NCBI RefSeq assembly: GCF_036971445.1
Contig: NC_091480.1
Coordinates: forward strand, 6,634,001 to 6,698,000
Reading direction: 5' to 3'
DNA length: 64,000 bases
From: Narcine bancroftii
Lineage: Eukaryota
Each line of letters starts with the position of its first letter. The stretch's first letter is position 1. Of this stretch, positions 37,064 through 52,000 are shown piece after piece. Position numbers and translations under genes: made by a program. The notes under the pieces are model-generated. The model was given only the letters and a program-made list of their open reading frames with translations, searched no databases and was not told where the DNA came from.

Positions 37064-40000
37064 AGGCACAACGGCTACCCGATGCAATCACCTGTGGAGA
37101 AATAGTTTTACAGTCAAGAAATACAATACAGTGCCTTACCACCCCTTGATACAGTGCAGGAACAGCTCCTTGCTACACTAAACTAGGCTTATAATAAGAG
37201 TGATCTCTATGTATACCACTCTACAGCTCCCCACCCTTTATTAGTGCATACCTCACAGCATCACTGTGGTGAACGTCTGCCAAGCTGCTTGTCTCCCCTC
37301 TGGCGAGCCTTGCTGTACTAACATTGGCTGTGCATTATCTCTACTGTTAAGGACACTCCCCTTGGATATAACTATATATGCATCTATTGTTACAGGGTAC
37401 GTTTCCCTATCTGGATATTGTCACTATCTGTGGGAAAACACAGACTGAGCACGACAACAATTTAAAGAAATTTTTAGCAACAGCTAAAGAACTCAACCTT
37501 ACATTTAACAAGGGGAAATGTGTGTTCAACGCGACAGAGCGACCCATTTTGGGCTACATTGATGAAATTCGTCCCGACCTGGAAAGAATGCCCCCCCCCC
37601 TAAGAAGTTACCACCCCCAAACTCAGCAAAAGCCCCTAAAAGGTGTATGGGATTCTTTTCCTACTACTGCAAATGGGTTCGGGACTACGCCACGAAGGCA
37701 CGCCCTCTGTTTGATGCTAAATCTTTTCCTCTCTCTCCAATAGCCTTGAAGGCTTTAGAGAGAATTAAAGCTAATATTACCAAAGGTGCACTCTCACCCA
37801 TTGATGAGGATGTCCCATTCCAAGTGGAAACTGATATTGTGCCTTGGCAGGAACCCTTAATAAAAAGGGCAGACCCGTGGTATTCTTCTCCTGCACGTTA
37901 CGCAGACCTGAACTTAAACATCCTGCCATTGAAAAAGAAGCCCAGGCTAATATTGAAGCTGTTCGCTACTGGAGACATTTTCTAGCTGGCAGAAAATTTA
38001 CTTTTGTCACTGATCAGAAATCTGTAGCCTACATGTTCAGTACTAAACACAAAAGTAAAATCAAGAATGATAAGATGGCACGCTGGCGTATAGAACTCTC
38101 AACTTATAATTATGAGATCCAGTACAGACCGGGCAGGTTAAACGATCCCTCTGACGCATTGTCACGATCTGCTGCTGGTGCTCAGCTGGAGGGGCTAAAA
38201 GAGATCCATAGCAGACTGTGCCACCCAGGAGTCACGAGATTCTTCCACTACATAAGGGCTAACAACCTTCCTTACTCTCTGGAAGAAGTCAGGAAACTGA
38301 GTAAAAGCTGTCCTATTTGCGCAGAATGTAAACCGCAATACTTCAAAGCTCCAGAGGCCACTCTCATCAAGGCATCTCAACCTTTTGAGAGGATTAGCTT
38401 AGATTTTAAAGGACCGTTACCTTCCAACCACAACAATGTATATTTCCTAACTAACTGACGAATATTCCAAGTTTCCCTTTGTGATACCCTGCCCTGACAT
38501 CTTGTCAGTGTCTGAAATTAAGTCACTTGACAGAATTTTCAGCATTTTTGGTTTTCCCAATTACATTCATACCAATAGAAGCTCAGTATTCATGAGCACT
38601 GAACTGCGGCGAGCCCTTCTATGAAAGGGGATGCCTTGCCAGCAGCCATACCACGAGCTACAACAAGCAGGGCAATGGGCAGGTTGAAAGGGCTAATGCT
38701 ACAGTCTGGAAGACTGTTAATCTTGCTTTAAAAACACATGGTTACCCTGTTACCCGGTGGCAGGAGGTGCTGCCTGAGGCACTACATTCTATTCGGTCTT
38801 TATTGTGTACTGCAACAAATCAAACACCTCATGAACGTATGTTTGCCTTTCCTAGGATTCAGGAGCTGTGATGGACTGGCCAGCCTGTTTATCTGAGCCT
38901 GGAACCGTGCTGCTGAAGAGCCACGCTCGGGCACGTAAAACAGATCCCCTAGTCCAACCAGTTCAGTTACTGCATACTAACCCCAACTACGCTCATGTTA
39001 AATTCCCAGACGGGAGTACTGACACTGTACCCCTAAGAGATCTAGCCTTGCCTGGTTCGCCCCTTCCTTGCACCCCTACTCAGAGGGAGCCTGAGAGGTT
39101 GGGCTCAACCCCCCCCCCCCCCCCCCACACCCAGCCTGTGACCCCTAGTAAGTTTTCAGATGGCCATGCTGAGGCTCCACTGCTTCACGCTGGCGATTCT
39201 GGAGCAGGTCCAGAAGCCAGTCCTTTCCACACTACAGATCCAGGACCTGTACCAGTTCCCAAGGTTGCAAAGGAGCCACCTGTTTTGAGACGAAGCACCA
39301 GAATTCGTAAATCACCTGATAGGCGGACATATTCATAAAACATCTCATTATATTTCGATTGCTTGCTGATACTGGTGTAATTTGTCTGTTAGAGTATCTC
39401 AAGGCCAAACATGGTATCCATGTATCGCTTGCTTCAGTCTTTCCTAGCAACTGTCCTTTTGATTTTAACCCTTCTTTTGCCGGGGAAAAACTGTGGTGAA
39501 TGCCTGCCAAGCTGCCTGTTTCCCCTCTGGCGAGCCTTGCTGTACTAACATTAGCTATGCATTATCTCTACTGTTAAGGACATTCCTGTTGGATATAACT
39601 GGATATACATCTATTGTCTTTCATTATTGTACCATGAGTTTCTGCTAATAAAAGCCATTATTATTGTTTGACCACATCGTCTTTGTCTACTTCAATCAAC
39701 TGGCACTTCAATCGCCCATAGTTTGCAACTTGGAGTAGAGCTCGGGTTTGTGCCAGAGGAAGAAGAAGAGAGGCAGATGCTCCACACATGGTGGGCTTTA
39801 TAGTGCATTTGGCTGGAGAGTCCGGCCCAGGTATGGGTTAGGTGATTAAATGGGCCAGTAGTCAGGTGTGTGAGCTGTGGGCAGAGCCTGATTTTGATTG
39901 GCAGGTGAGGTGACTTCTGACTAGGTACTCACCGGTAGGGTAGCGTGACACACATAATCATCTGTATCACAGAAGGAAAAGATTCAAAAGGGATTTGGGC

Positions 40001-43000
40001 AACATTTTCATGGAGAAGGATCATGACTCTTTTCACTCATTGGAGACTTTCCAAGAAATGAAATATAACTTGTAGGAGAAAGGGAGAACCCAAGTTGTTG
40101 TGATTTGAAATTCATCTGCCATCAGGGTTATGGAAATGAATGTAGTAAGGAAAAAGTACTTGGCTGAGTAATTGAAAGGAAAAATTTTTCAGGATTATGG
40201 GAAAAAGCTAGAGGATAAATATTTTAAGAAACTGGTTTGGGCCATAACGGCTTAATTCTGTGCACCGTGATTTTTGTTTGGTATCACATTTTTTAAATTT
40301 CCAGTTACAGAGCCTTGTCCCTTTTGTTCAATTAAGTCCGAGTGAAGCTATTTGTGAAGATTATGGAATTAATCCTGCTGACATTCCTGAAAAACTCTAT
40401 GTGTAAGTAACAAAAAAAGTTACCTTATTCTGATGTTTTTTTAAAGTAGTGGGCAGAATCAAAAATTTGTAAAATAGTTGTTTTTCATCATGATGTGTAC
40501 AGAGCGCCTCAGTCTATTGGGTCCATGCCAAATCTCAGTGCATCCCCTTTATTACCATATTGCCCCCAACACATTCTCCATCACCCAGGTCATTCCCTTT
40601 ACCCACTGCCATCATCAAGAAGGAGGTACAGGAGCCAATGGTACAATAACAGCTTCTTCTCCTCGCCATCAGATTTCTGAATGGACAATGCACTATCTCA
40701 TTTTATCTTCTTTGCACTAATTGATTTTTTAAATTGTAATTTATAGTAATATTTGCATTATGATGTTGCAATGAATTTTGCGATGTGTTCATGACAATTG
40801 ATTCTGTATGTCTATTAATTCCCACAACTCTCCTATCACCATCACTAGGGGCAGAGTGGGTAATTAACCAACAGGCTCGGCTGTGGGATTTGGGAGGAAA
40901 TCAAAGGACCCCAATGAAACCTAAGCATTCACAGGGAACAGCAGAGCAAACTCCACGCAGAATGCATCCGAGATCAGTATTGAATCTGGGATTCTAGAGC
41001 TGTGAAGCTCTACCCACTGTGCCACTATTCTTGGGACATTAGCTTTACCTCCACTACTGGTGTTCTCTGGTGCAGTTGCAATTTGCAGTTCAGAAGAATG
41101 CGGCCAGCTGCCTCCATAAATCAGTGAAGTGGTTCTCATAGTGCTGAGCTGCACGGTGCCTGGTTTCACCCGAGGAATGATGCAGCTGTTTAGTGGTTCA
41201 TTTTTGTCGTTAACAGGTGTTTACACCTCTCATGGCAGTACACTGGAGTGTTAGAGATCAAGATTTGATCGTCTCATAAGTACAACAGGGCAAAAAGGCA
41301 GGTTTTGAAAAGCACCCTGATGGAGGAGGTGACAGAAACAGAGCGGTTTAAAGAGGAAATTAAAGATATTAAGAGTCTTGACAGCTGAAAATTTATTTAC
41401 AACTCGGTAGAAGCTGATTCCGACCATTGAAAACTTTGCTGCCCAATTACACCCAATTAACTTATAACCCTGTATATTTTGGAGGGTGGGAGGAAACTGG
41501 AGAACGCAGGGAAAACCCATGTAGATCACGGAAAGAATGTACAAATTCCTTATAGACAGCGCCGGAATAGAACCCAAGTTGCTTGCGCTGTAATAGCGTC
41601 GTGCTGACCATGCCGCGGAAGAAGTACAATAAATATGGAAATGATCAGAGCCAGAATTTATTTTGGATGGTTAGGGTAGAAATTTTAGGGAAAAAAGAAA
41701 TCAACAATAGGAAGAGGAGAGGCCATGAAAGGAATTAAAATGTGTGATTAAAATCACAACCTGGGTTTTTTCATATCTCCAATGTCTTATCGCAGGACTG
41801 ACAGTAACTTGGTGTTTCTTTCCTGTCCATTTGTGTCACTAACATAGCTTCTGCTACTTGTCTGTATTGGCTTGCTTTCCCCTCTGCTGATCTTGCATGT
41901 AAACATGGAAAAGTATTCATCATTGAGTATGTTTGAAAGGGAAGGAAAGGTTGTGTGTGTGAGGAAGGAGGTTAATGCAATTTGCAATACAGAAACGGCC
42001 CACTGAGCCCAACTGGCCTATGCTGTTGTTAATGGTCCACGTAAGTCTTTCCCTCCTTGCCTTATTTGCTTTCTACCAACACAAGTGATTTTTTTAAAAA
42101 AAATAAAGGAAATATTGCCCTGAGGATAAATTAAAGTAATCTGGAGCTAAATAATGGCAGCAGTTGAAGATAAACACAAATAATGAAGTGTGAAAACTGT
42201 GAAATACAAGTCAGGTCATGTTAAATGTTTTTGAAATTAAGAAAATCCATGCTGCAGATCTACAGCAGAATTGGCTAAGCCTGTTCAACATTTCCTTGTA
42301 TCAACCCAGAAATCTACCTATTGAATCGTCTCCAAACTTCTATATAAGTATGTTGCTGCGAAAGTCAGATGAACTAACTATACAGTTAATGTCTTTCATG
42401 TATGATAACAGTAAATTTCTTTTCTGTGATACACAAAAGGATCACAGGTTTTGTGTCTCAAAACGATCATGGAGTTGGGAGGAGTTCAACTGATCGACAA
42501 TTTTTCTTCATCAATCGTCGACCGTGTGATCCAGTAAAGGTAAACGATTTATTTGTGAATTGAAGTGACTAACAATCGTGCTGTTTCATGCAAGTTTTCA
42601 CAATGAAAATTGCACAGAACTCAAGTCAACAATGTGGGTTTTATTTACCAATTGCCATAAACGATATTATTGTCCATAGATGATGCCTGCATCGGGGCTG
42701 TCTCATACACCCGCGATGGGCTTGTCAGCTTCGTGGCCAGCTTCCATCCCAATCTCAGTCCAGGCCTTTCACCTTTTGAAATGCTTCTATGAGTTTCCCC
42801 CTCATTCTTCTAAACTCCAAAGAGTTCAGTCCAAGAGATGTCATTTGTTCCTCATATGCTAATCCCTTCATTCCAAAAATCATTCTTGTGAATCATTTCT
42901 AAATCCTCTCCAATACCAGCATCTTCTTTCTTAAATAAGGAGCCAAAAAATATACCCTGCACTCCAAATGAGTTCTTATCATAAAGCCTCAACATTACAG

Positions 43001-46000
43001 AGTCTCTGGGATATGTACCTGGCCAAAGTTATTTGCTGTCACATTCTGATCTGGTTGGGGATCATTGAGAAATGATGAATTTCCTCCCAGGAAGTAAATG
43101 GGAGAACATGACATTGAGGCAGCCTAACCTAATACTACCATTTGTTTCCCTTAGTCTGTCAGACCTTGGCTGGGGACAGTTACGAGTTTGAAGGAATTGT
43201 AAACAGGTGAAATTGTTAACCTATGAGGAAGTTAGAAGTATGTCTAATTACACTAAATACCTGGCAGAGGTCAGGGCAGGTGACCTAATCTGTCCATGGA
43301 GACATTTATTGGGTGTCAGTGTGACTCCAGTGAGCCTGGCTTGATCCTGAATTCTGGAAGCACTGTCTGTTTCGAGTGTGCATGTTCAGTCTGTGACCAC
43401 GTTGTATTTCCTAGGGCTCTTGGGTTTCCTTTCATGCCTATGGGTTAATTGGCTAATGTAAGTGGATGGTGGGAGGATCAAAGAGTGATTAATTCAAGAT
43501 TCTTTTATTGTCACGTAATAGAGTATAAAATGTAACATTACATGAAATTTACTTTCAGACAAAGATTTGGCATCAGCAGAAATTGCCCAGTGCCCCTTAT
43601 AGTCCGAGAAAGAGAAGCAAAAGAGAGTCGGCCCCCCCTTCCCCACCCCGAGTCACTGAGTGCCCATGGAATCGCCTCCCGGAGCCGCACAGCCTTTAGT
43701 CCAAATTATCAGCATCCTGACCTCCAGATCCAAACCTTCACATGATCTGGAAGCCCTCTCACAACCGGTTCCAAAACTTGGTACACCTTCAGTCAGTCTC
43801 CAGCAGTCAGCAGCCTGATGTGGGTCACTTAACCATAGATGCCCTGCAGCCTGCTTCTGGTCACCATCGCCTGCCACCTGTATGTTTTTCAGCCTCAGAG
43901 CCCCTCGCTGGTCCACTGCCATGGTCACCATCATCCTGTGGCCTGTCTCCTCTCCTGCGCTCCTTCTCAAAGGGGGGGGGGGGTGGTCTCCCCAGTTTCT
44001 GGTGGCCTGCGCCAGTCCTCTGCTTTCCCAGAGTCTGCATCCCCTCGTGGCTGCCGATCGTAGGCTCCGCCATCTTGGGCCCAGACCCCGCGGTCTCAGG
44101 ATTTTAATATAAAGCATTGTTGGCTCCCTTAACATACAGTTTAAAGCCTGTGCAGAGCATGTGACAGAGAACAGGCAAGAGGGAAATAAGAGACGGAGAT
44201 GAATGGGCAAAATTACCTCTCCTCAGTTATAAGCAAATGTAATTGTTTTCTTCACAGGATTATTTTCATGTTCTTTTTTATCACCCTCCATAATTTGTAA
44301 CCTTTATTTCCTTTTTCCTTTAAATCAATTCAAACTCTTTGCCTTGCCCACTTCCTGTAGCAGTGAGTTATGCATTTTTATCACTTTCTTGAATAAAAAT
44401 TGTTTTCCTGAGCTTGCTTCTTGATTTATTGCTAACAAGATCATATAAAGGGTAAAGATTCCATTATTGTCGTGTAATACTACATTTAAAATGTAACATA
44501 CTTGAAATTTTAACTTCTGTCTTCCATAAGGCAGACAGAGAGTCACCACTTTATCCAGTGCCCCTCACAAAAACCAACAGAACCTGGTGTCTCAAAGTGG
44601 TCTCCCCTCCAAGTACTGACCAGACATGAACCTGCTTAGCTTCCGAGATCAGACAATTTAAAAAATTTTTCACACTGTGAACTATATCAATCAAAATACA
44701 TACAAACATTTCACTCTTAAATATACACAGTGGCATTTTCTCTCCTTTTTCCCCCCCTCCCAACCTTCCCTCCCCCTTCCCACCCCCCTCCAAACACATT
44801 AAATGTTCCACATGTACAATACATTAAACAATGCCATCACACAATTAAAATAAACAAGAAAATTGTGTCATCTACTTTTACACACTGGGTCAGTTCATTT
44901 CGTCGTCTTCTCATTCTATCATTTTAGGGGTGGAGGTCCGAAGCAAGCCCTCTCTGTTATGTTCCGTGTCAGGTTCCCAAATTTGTTTGAATAATGTGAC
45001 TTTATTTTTTAAATTGTATGTTATTTTTTTCCAATGGAATACATTTATTCATTTCCATGTACCATTGCTGTATTCTCAGGCTCTCTTCCGATTTTCAAGT
45101 TGACATTATACATTTTTTTGCTACTGCTAAGGCTATCATAAATCTTTTTTGCGCTTCATCCAGTTTGAGGCCTAATTCTTTACTACTTATATTACTTAGA
45201 AGAAAGATCTCTGGATTTTTTGGTATGTTGCTTTTTGTGATTTTATTTAATACCTGATTGAGATCTTCCCAAAACATTTTCACTTTCTCACATGCCCAAA
45301 TTGCATGTACTGTTGTTCCCATTTCCTTCTTACAGCGAAAACATCTATCTGATAATGTTGGATTTTTAAAAAAACTTTTGGGGCGTGATATATAACCTGT
45401 GCAACCAATTATACTGTATCATGCATAATCTTGTTTTTATTATATTCTTTATAGTTCCAGAGCATAACTTTTCCCATATTTCATTTTTTATCTTTATGTT
45501 TAAATCTTTTTCCCACTTTTGTTTGGGTTTATAGCTTATTTCATCATTTTCCTTCTCTTTCAGCTTGATGTACATGTTCGTTATAAATCTTTTAATTATC
45601 ATTGTTTCTGTAATCACATATTCAAAGCTGCTTCCTTCTGGTAACCTCAGTCTGCTTCTCAATTTATCCTTTAATTAGGCTTTCAGTTGATGGCATGCAA
45701 ATATTGCATATTTCTACTTCATTTGTTCAAATGTTAATGAATTATTTCCCAAAAAACAATTTTCTATTCTTTTAATTCCTTTTCAATCCCATTCTCTAAA
45801 GGAAAGGTTATCTATTGTAAAAGGGATTAGTTGATTTTACATCAATAATTTTGGTAGTTGGTAATTTGTTTTTTTTTCCTTTCTAAGTGAATCTTCTTCC
45901 ATATATTGAGTAAATGATGCAGTACTGGTGAGCTTTTATATTGCACCAGCTTTTCATCCTACTTGTATAGTATATGTTCCGGTACCGTCTCCCCTATTTA

Positions 46001-49000
46001 ATCTAGCTCTATCTTAGTCCAATCTGGTTTTTCCCTTGTCTGATAAAAATCTGATAAATACCTTAATTGTGCTGCTCTATAATAATTCTTAAAGTTTGGT
46101 AGCTGTAAGCCACCTTGTTTGTACCACTCTGTTAATTTATCTAATGCTATCCTCGGTTTCCCCACTTTCCATAAGAATTTCCTTATTATTCTCTTTAGTT
46201 CATTGAAGAATTTCTCTGTTAAGGGAATTGGTAACGATTGAAATAAGTATTGTATCCTTGGGAAGACATTCATTTTAATGCAATTTACCCTCCCTATCAA
46301 CTTCCTACAATTTCTTTATTAGTGGCTGATAATTTAATTTGAACAGGTGGCTTAAATTATTATCTAATCTAATACCTAGGTATCAGATTGCTTGTTTTTG
46401 CTATTTAAATGGTGATTCTTTTTAAAATTCTGTATAATCTGCATTACTCATTGGCATCGCTTCACTTTTATTTGCGTTGATCTTGTACCCCGATATTTCT
46501 CCATATTCCTTCAATTTCTTATGTACTTTTATTGATATTTCTGGTTCTGTTAAGTATACTATGATGTCATCTGCAAATAAACTGATTTTATCCTCCTTCT
46601 CCTTTATTTTTATCCCTTTTATTTTATTTTTTGTTATCAGTTCTGCCAATGGTTCCATTGCTGAAGCGAACAGTGAGGGAGAGAGTGGACATCCCTGCCG
46701 ACTTGACTTACTTAATTTAAATTGGTTCGATACATATCCATTTACTGTTACCTTCGCCAATGGTCCATTATATAATGCTTTAATCCAATTAATATATTTT
46801 TCTGGTAGATTGAACCTCTGTCATACTTTGAATAAATAATTCCAATATACCCTGTCAAAGGCTTTTTCTGGGTCTAAAGCAACAGCTACTGTTGGCATCT
46901 TATTTCCTTGAACTGCATGAATTAAATAAATAAACTTACAGACATTACCCGCTGTTTGTCTTTTCTAAATAAATCCAGTTTGATCTTGTTTTACTATTTT
47001 TGGTACACAGACAGCCAATCTGTTTGCTAATAATTTTTTTATTATCTTATATTCTGAATTAAGTAGAGATATTGGTCTATAATGATGCTGGTGTTAGTGG
47101 ATCCTTCCCCGTCTTTGGTATTACTGTAATTATTGCTGTCTTACATGAATCTGGCAAGTTTTGTGTTTCTTCTATCTGGTTCATTTCTTCCAGGAGAGGA
47201 GGAATTAATAAGTCTTTAAATGTTTTATAGAATTCTATTGGGAATCCATCCTCTCCAGGGGTTTTATTGTTCAGCAGCTTTTTTAATATATCCTGTATTT
47301 CCTCTATTTCAAATGGTTTTATCAGCTTGCTTTGCTCCTCTTGCAATTTCGGCTAAAATTTTCAATTTTAGCTAGAAACTCATCTATTTTGTCTTCTTTC
47401 CCTTCATTCTCAGTTCAATATAATTGCTCGTTTAATTCCTTGAAATTTTCATCGATCTCTGTTGGGTTATATGTAATTTGTTTGTCCTTTTTCCTTGATG
47501 CTAATACAGTTCTTTTAGCTTGTTCTGTTTTGAGTTGCCAGGCTAGTATTTTGTGTGTTTTTTTTCTCCCAGTTCGTAATACTTCTGCTTTTTTTTCATT
47601 GTTCTTCTCCACCTTGTACGTTTGTAATGTTTCGTATTTTATTTTCGAGATCAGACAATTTCAGGCATATTCAGGCTGTTAGGTTTCTGTGATCCCTCCC
47701 TCTCTTGCCCACAGTTAGAAGCTGGCTCTGAGTTTCTCGGCTTATTTTTGCATCAGATGAAAATACCAAATAGTTTAATTCAAACCGAGAGTGAGAATTT
47801 ATCATTGCTTTTATTGCTTTCAGATTTCAAAACTCGTAAATGAGGTATATCATCTGTATAACAGACATCAATATCCATTTGTTGCCCTGAATGTCAGTGT
47901 TGATTCTGGTAAGTGACATTCGAACACAATATTTTAGTGTGTTTTTAAAAAAATTTTTGCCGAACATGTCTATTGGGAATTTTAAACTGGGAGAAACAAA
48001 TAACCTCTGGATTGAATGCAGTGACGGGCTTCTGTTCTAATTATTGAATCAACCAAGGAATCGTGTATCCTCCAACAAAAATAACCACACTGGAGATGAA
48101 TAAGATGTGTTTTTTTTTTTTACATATACACACATTAATAGGCCCTTCTGGCACACAAGCCTGTCCCCCAAATCCACGAATTAACCTACACCCCATCCCC
48201 CAATCCCATATGTTTTGGAAGGAATTCAGAGGACACTGCCAAATTTGAACCAAGGTCACCGGTGCTGGAATAGCCGTGCACTAACTAGTATGCTAACCCT
48301 GTCACCCTGTCCTTTTATTTCTCTAGAGTGTGTTGACGTCAATGTCACGCCAGACAAAAGACAAATTCTTCTTCAGGATGAAAAGCTCCTTCTTGCAATC
48401 ATGAAAACATCACTTATTCAGATGTATGATTCTGATGTTAACAAGCTCAGTGTTAATCAGAAGTTTCATCAGATGACAGGTAAAAACTATAGCTGACTGA
48501 TTTTTGAGTAGTCAAAAATACTTTTTATGTTTGTTCCTAATTACTACATTGAGGATTAATGATGGAATGATTTAAATAAGATTACTACAAAATTATTTGA
48601 GAGTAGACTACGTTTGGTGAAGCGCATTGACAAATTGATTGCTTTTTGTTGCACCTAATTATAGATGAACTATTCCCAACATGGACGTCTTGTACATCTT
48701 GATCAGTGTTTCCAGAAGGGAAATGGATTGGTATGAGGGGAAATGACTTTCAGGCTACAGACTGGGACTAAAGGGGATGCTCTATAGAAGCTAATGGTGC
48801 CCTCTTTTAGTGCTTTAATGACCCAATGTTTCATATAATGAAAACACAGGAATATTGGAGGAACTCAGCAGGTCTTGCAGCATTCATAGGAGGTAAAGAT
48901 CTATAACCAATGTTTTAGATTTGAGCTATTTTTGAAAGTATTTGACTGTGTTTCATATATGAGAGTCTAGTTGTGACAACTATTTTACAAATATATTGAT

Positions 49001-52000
49001 TTGAGATTGAGAGGGAAATGGCATCTTGAAATCTGTAGCTCCTCACTACGAGAAAAATCCAGATTCGCCAATTTAGTACACCAGACACCAAAAATCCTAA
49101 TCACAGTATTTTGGCATAAAGTATTTTAGATTTGACATTGAGTTTGCATTTTAGTTGTTACAGACTTCATATCTGCGAAATTTAATGAATGATATCTTTG
49201 TGTATCTGTATGGCTGCAGCAAGTAAAAATGTTGGTGTGTCATACATTGTACTTGTGCATAGGACAATAAACTCATATAAATATCCGATCCAGTCTGTGA
49301 ACAGTGATCACGGTCCGGTTTGGGGACACCAATACCACTAAGTGTAAAGCCCTGCAAATGGTAATGGAAATGGACACAGCCCAGGACATCACAGGCATAA
49401 CCCTCCCCACCATCGAGAGCATCTACAGGGAACACTGCCATCGGAGAGCAGCAGCGATCATCAAGGATCCCCACCACCCAGCACACATTCTGTTCTCGTT
49501 ACTGGCATCAGGAAAGAGGTCTCGGTGCCACAAGACTCGCTCCACCAGGTTCAGGACCAGCTGCTCCCCCTCTTCTATCAGACTCAATAACAAACAATCA
49601 GGGACATATTTAAGGACTCTTACTTTTCCATTTTATTGTTTATTTTTCTCCCTGTATTGCACAGTCAGCTTCTTTATATTTCTTTATTTACATGTGTACG
49701 TTTTTTTAATACTGCCAATAAGTGGTAATTCTGCCTGTTCTGCCGGAAAAGAATCTCAGGTTGTAAGTGATATCATGTATCTCCTCTGAAAATAAATCTG
49801 AAAATCTAAATCTGAATCTGATATCCCTCCAGGTAATGGAATGTGCAATAAATGCAACCCCTTCAGTGTGCCCGGTCATCTTTTTTTCATGTATTTAGAG
49901 TTTGACCATGTGGTTAGTTATGCCGTTAGACTGTGGGGTGAAGGGGGAGATAAAATCTAATTTGCATTATAGGATCTTATTTTGTGCTTCTGTTTTCGGT
50001 TTTAGGCAGTTGTGAGAAAGTTCCCCAGACAGTCGGCTTAGAGGCCTCTGTTCCAAATGAGCAAGAATCTGCTCCTGTACCTTCAGGAAAAGAGAAGAGT
50101 ATAAGCATTGCCAGATTACATGAGGCATTCTCCCTACACCAATCTTCATTCTGTCAATCCAAGTTCAGCAAAAAGCAGGATTTGCCCAAACAGAGGAAGC
50201 TGCATTCATTTTTGACCCATTGTAAATGGAACAGTCCTCATTCTGATTGCAGGACTGGCCCTTTTGGCGAGTTGCCAAGCAGAAATCCTGACCCATTGGA
50301 GAAGAACTGCAGAAGCTCCGAAAGTGACACAGATTCTGGAAAAGGCAGCATGTCATTTGTGTTGAGTGGTAGTTACACACCAGAGGCCAAATCTAGTCAC
50401 TCCTCTGACAGTGCAACTAGCTCACCCATAACACTGCAGAACATTCCAGAACCTCGAGGGGAAGAACTGAAAACTGAAGCAACTATCTGTGATGTCTTCA
50501 TTCCTAGCATTGCTGTGCCCACAGGGAAAGCTAATTCAACAGAAAATAGCGGCCGGCCATTGGTAGGTTCTTGCTCGCATAATTGTCCTACTCAGAGTGC
50601 AAAACATGCCAGAATTGAGGGGCTGTGTTTGGATGATGACTCATCTTTGGGACCTGGACCTGCCCATAAATCGGAAGCTGATAGACCGGTGGAAATGAGC
50701 AAAAAGACTGTGAAGCTCCCTTTTTCCATGTGCACCCTTGCTGAAAGGCTGAAACTGATCAATAAACAGCAAACCGAACAGGAAGAGGCGCAGAGATGTA
50801 GGCTGTTCCGAGCACAGATTAATCCCAGAGACAATCAGGCAGCAGAAGAAGAACTCCGTAAAGAGATCAGGTAATGAAATTATCAACATTTCTATGAATA
50901 AATATGAAGAGATTCATCCTTTATTAAGTCACCATGGACCTGGAGAAGAAGAGGAACAGGTCTCCCAGAGTGCCAGAGAGAGGTGTCCTATAAGAGAGAA
51001 AGACCGCAGAAGAAGAGTCCTGAAGAGAAAAGGGAAAGGGTGGGGTGTGTGCTTGGGTGTGTACTCAGTCAGCCAGTCTCACGAAGTCCGAAGGAAGTAA
51101 AGATCTACGGCCATACTGCAACTTGCGCTTGATTAAGTAACATCCAATCACAGATTGGTCTGTGATTGTGACCATGGTCAACATAAGGTATAATGGTAGC
51201 CAGTATACACCTAAATTATACAGTACATGTATGTAATTGAATTCTATAATATATACATGTGTATGTACGATATAGAGGTTTAAGTAATTTGTGTGTGTGT
51301 GTCATGGTATCTTGTGTTGAACAGTTTATTTCACCTTCAATGTCTGACTTGTGGCCAATGTGTGTGTGTGTTTATATATAAAAAAAAACCAAAAAAAAAA
51401 CAAAAAAAAAACCAACAACTTGCCCCTGATGTCTCCCCTAAGTGTTCCTCCCTTCATTTTTAACAGATGTCCTCTGGCATTTGCTGTTTTTTCCCTGGGG
51501 GGAAAAAGGAGCTGGCTGTCTACCTTATCTGTGCCTTTCAGGATCTTGCAGACCTTTATTAAGTCACCTCTCATCCTTCTTCGCTCCAAAAAGAAAAGTC
51601 CTAGTTCTGCTAATCTTGCCTCATAAGACTTATTTTCCAATCCAGGCAACATCTTGGTAAATCTCCTCTGTCCCCTCTCCATAGCTTCCATAGCCTTCCT
51701 ATGAGGTGACTGAAACACAATCCTCTGTGTGGGCTCACCAGAGATTTGTAGAATTGCAACGTGACCTCTCAACTCCTGAACTCAAATAAATAAATAAATA
51801 AATAGTAGAGTTGCATTAAAAAGACAAGTTTAAAAAAAACGTATCTATATAATTGTGCCAGCAAGGCATAGAATGAAAAGGCCATTCAGCTCATCAAACG
51901 TGCTTCTTTCCGCAGATCGTATGGAACTTTGCATGAACTGTGCTGATTCAACCGAATCATTGATCTTTAAATTTAATCCAGTTAAGCCCCAGTCGCCCAA

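Larger units (their letters stand above)
36910..39971 (-). mobile_element. Solo LTR hosting the Gypsy element
   Basis: TG at 36910, CA at 39970-39971, perfect 5-bp direct repeat GAAGG on both sides (36905-36909, 39972-39976). Minus-strand TATAAA-like (~39797) and AATAAA (~36985). Confidence 0.65.

Noticed and set aside
51105-51116. CTACGGCCATAC, identical to the 5' end of 5S rRNA
   Set aside because: Only 12 nt and no box A or box C follows; probably chance.
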